Source: an uncultured archaeon
GTDB lineage: Archaea > Thermoproteota > Bathyarchaeia > Bathyarchaeales > Bathycorpusculaceae
Length of the DNA: 64,000 nt
Assembly (NCBI GenBank): GCA_963782915.1
Contig: CAWALK010000012.1
Span: 192,001 to 256,000, forward strand
Direction of reading: 5' to 3'
The notes under the pieces were generated by a model. The model was not told the origin of the DNA, did no database searches, and worked only from the letters and a program-made list of their open reading frames with translations. The position numbers and the translations under genes were made by a program. Positions 61,691-64,000 of the stretch are shown piece by piece. How positions within the stretch are numbered: position 1 is the first letter of the stretch; the number at the start of each line of letters is the position of its first letter.

Positions 61691-61799
61691 TACTAAAAGT
61701 CTCAAGAGGCGTTTGTTGCTCTTACAGAGAACCCTCCATAGGTTTTACATAGAACCGCTGATGGGCTCCAAATGTTTCGTTCTTTCCCATACATTCTTT

Positions 61800-61854
61800 T
61801 TTAGGTGTGCCTAAACCTTTATATGATTTTACCGCAGATTTAGGTATGCCTAAA
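61800..61854. promoter_or_regulatory. Two DtxR/IdeR-type operator palindromes flanking a TATA box
   Basis: TTTAGG-tgtg-CCTAAA (61800-61815) and TTTAGG-tatg-CCTAAA (61839-61854) around ctttatat. Confidence 0.8.
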
Positions 61855-61874
61855 AAAATTAGGGATGAGGACCC

Positions 61875-62609
61875 ATGCAACAAAAATCAACACAAGATTA
61901 CCTCAAAGCCGTATACGGGCTATCAAAAAACGGAGACCTCGTCGGCAACACCCAAATAGCCAAAAAACTCGACGTTGCCCCCGCAAGCGTAACGGAGATG
62001 CTAAAAAAACTCTCCGAAGAAGGATACGTCAAATATTCACCCTACCACGGCAGCACCCTCACAGAGAAAGGCCTAATCGAAGCTCAAAAAGTCACCCGCA
62101 AGCACCGGCTTCTGGAAAAATTCCTTACTGACGTGCTTCATATTGGTAAAGACAAGGTTCACACCCAAGCATGCCAAATGGAACATGCCCTCTCAGATGA
62201 AGCAGAAGAATCCCTCTGCCGCCTACTCAAACACCCCGACACCTGCAGCGACGACGGCAAAACCATACCCGCCTGCGACTTGCCATTTTCTACCTGCGAA
62301 GAATGCATAAAACTCCACGAGCAAGGGCTTAGAAGAAGTCGGCAAACGCCATGCAAACTTAACCCCAATTCGCGAGTTAAAGAGCGGCAAATACGGCAAA
62401 ATCAGCTTCATCCGAGGCGAACATAAGGTTCTGCAGCGCCTATTGGATATGGGGCTTAACTCCTGGAACAAGGATCAGTGTTGTCAAAGGTGGCGCCGAT
62501 GGATGGACCCGTCGAAGTTTCTGTGCGCGGCTCCAAGTTGGCGATTGGGCAAGACATCGCCTGCAACGTTTTCGTTGAAGTTGAAAAAGAAGCCGTTAAG
62601 GAGGCATAA
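61875..62609 (+). CDS. DtxR/MntR-family metal-dependent repressor with C-terminal FeoA domain (frameshifted)
   Basis: QDYLKAVY; PASVTEML; [10 protein letters not shown]; ACQMEH; [16 protein letters not shown] in other frames. Confidence 0.88.
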
Positions 62610-62611
62610 GC

Positions 62612-64000
62612 GTGTCATGCCACACGGAACCAACGACCTCCAAAGCCAAATCAGCCAACGGCAAAAACGGTAAAAAACTAACCTTCGCCTTAGCAGGCAA
62701 CGCCAACGTCGGCAAAAGCGTCATATTCAACCAACTCACCGGTTCAAACCAAATAATCGGCAACTGGCCAGGCAAAACCATCGACCGAGCAGAAGGCACC
62801 CTAAGCTTCGAAGGATACGAAATCAAAATCATCGATTTACCAGGCATCTACTCATTCTCCACGTTTTCAATGGAGGAACTCGTATCCAGAGACTACATTG
62901 CACTCGAGAAACCCGACGCCGTCATCAACGTCGTCGATGCATCAGTGTTGGAACGCAACCTCTTCTTCACCCTGCAACTACTTGAGATGAATGCGCCGCT
63001 AGTTCTGGTTCTAAACCAAGTGGATGTTGCCAGAAGCAAAGGCATGATTATCGACAAAGACAAACTGCAAGACACCCTGGGCGTACCAGTGGTCTTTGCC
63101 ACAGCAACTCGCGGTGAAGGCGTCTACGAAGCAGTTAAAGAAGCAGTTAAAGTCGCCACACACAAACCCAAACCTAAGCACCTCAAATACCGAAAAGAGC
63201 TTGAAGAAAAAATCGAGCAACTACAACGCATAATCGAGAAAGAAAACATTGAACTTCAGTATCCCCCACGGTGGCTATCGATTAAGCTGCTGGAAGGCGA
63301 CGCAGAAATCACCAAAATCGTCGCAGCCAAATCCCAAACAATCGCCAACGCCGCTAAAACCATAGCTGCCGAGTTGCAGAAGAGCTGCCAAGAACAATGC
63401 TTCTCAATCATCGCCTCCGAACGCTATGCAGCTAGCAAGTTCCGTTGTTGCATCGGCGCTTCAGCAGAGCGAAATATGGAATACCTTCTCAGACAAACTC
63501 GAATGGGTAACCACCCACAGAGTATTCGGCTACGTAACCTCCGCAGGTGTCATAGCTGGTTTGCTGCTCTGGACCTTCTTCGTCGGCAACGCCCTCTCAG
63601 GCTTAATTGCAGGCGGATTAGGCATGATTCAACCCGTCGACCCCGCCTTAACAACGACACAGCCAATCCTAGCCGTCATACTCAACGGTGTATGGGGAGG
63701 CATAACCGCAGGATTAACCCTAATCATCCCGTTTGTGGTACCCTTCTATCTGCTCTTGGCATTCATAGAGGATTCAGGCATCTTAACCCGTGTTGCATTC
63801 ATGATGGACAGCGCCATGCACAAGATGGGCTTACACGGCAAAGCCTTAATCCCCATCATCTTGGGGTACGGCTGCAGTGTGCCAGCGATTCAATCCTGCA
63901 AAATCATGGAAACCCGACGGGAACGCCTCTTAGCAGCATTTGCCATCACGTTTGCACCCTGCTCTGCAAGAACGCTTGTACTGTTTGGTATGGTAGGCTT
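62612..64000 (+). CDS. feoB: Ferrous iron transporter FeoB (runs off window; frameshift near 63430)
   Basis: GNANVGKS; GNWPGKT; DLPGIYS; NVVDAS..ERNL; EDSG..RVAF; GLHGK; PCSAR. Confidence 0.93.
   Translation, partial: MSCHTEPTTSKAKSANGKNGKKLTFALAGNANVGKSVIFNQLTGSNQIIGNWPGKTIDRAEGTLSFEGYEIKIIDLPGIYSFSTFSMEELVSRDYIALEKPDAVINVVDASVLERNLFFTLQLLEMNAPLVLVLNQVDVARSKGMIIDKDKLQDTLGVPVVFATATRGEGVYEAVKEAVKVATHKPKPKHLKYRKELEEKIEQLQRIIEKENIELQYPPRWLSIKLLEGDAEITKIVAAKSQTIANAAKTIAAELQKSCQEQCFSIIASERYAASKFRCCIGASAERNMEYLLRQTRMGNHPQSIRLRNLRRCHSWFAALDLLRRQRPLRLNCRRIRHDSTRRPRLNNDTANPSRHTQRCMGRHNRRINPNHPVCGTLLSALGIHRGFRHLNPCCIHDGQRHAQDGLTRQSLNPHHLGVRLQCASDSILQNHGNPTGTPLSSICHHVCTLLCKNACTVWYGRL

Noticed and set aside
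502-61742. CRISPR array
   Set aside because: The repeats are dispersed, not regularly spaced with unique spacers, and there are no cas genes
8019-63220. Numerous antisense and alternate-frame ORFs inside known genes
   Set aside because: Shadow ORFs caused by the A/C-rich codon bias; kept only where they complete a frameshifted gene

Overview
Archaeal chromosomal DNA, most consistent with Bathyarchaeia (TACK). That call is inferred from gene content: rpl37ae, pcc1, rps13-rps4-rps11-rpoD-rpl18e-rpl13-rps9-rpoN, eno-rps2-amrB, aIF5B, archaeal mevalonate genes (mvk, AcnX large and small subunits, UbiD) and paralogous ~875-aa PQQ-like beta-propeller surface proteins. Core blocks alternate with patches of accessory membrane and secreted genes. 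Many genes, including essential ones, carry single-base frameshifts that are probably long-read indel errors. Four features stand out. (1) An intact orphan terminase pair (HTH/coiled-coil TerS-like gene plus TerL) with no portal, capsid or integrase, inserted between mvk and ubiD. (2) Three progressively decayed copies of the tRNA-Pro(UGG) 3' half, separating small gene cassettes. (3) A ~135-bp structured dispersed repeat. (4) A ~40-bp CCCCTCCC-TATATA motif. The last two sit with consistent polarity at core/accessory junctions. Several microproteins under 60 aa, missed by the ORF track, were found by hand translation.
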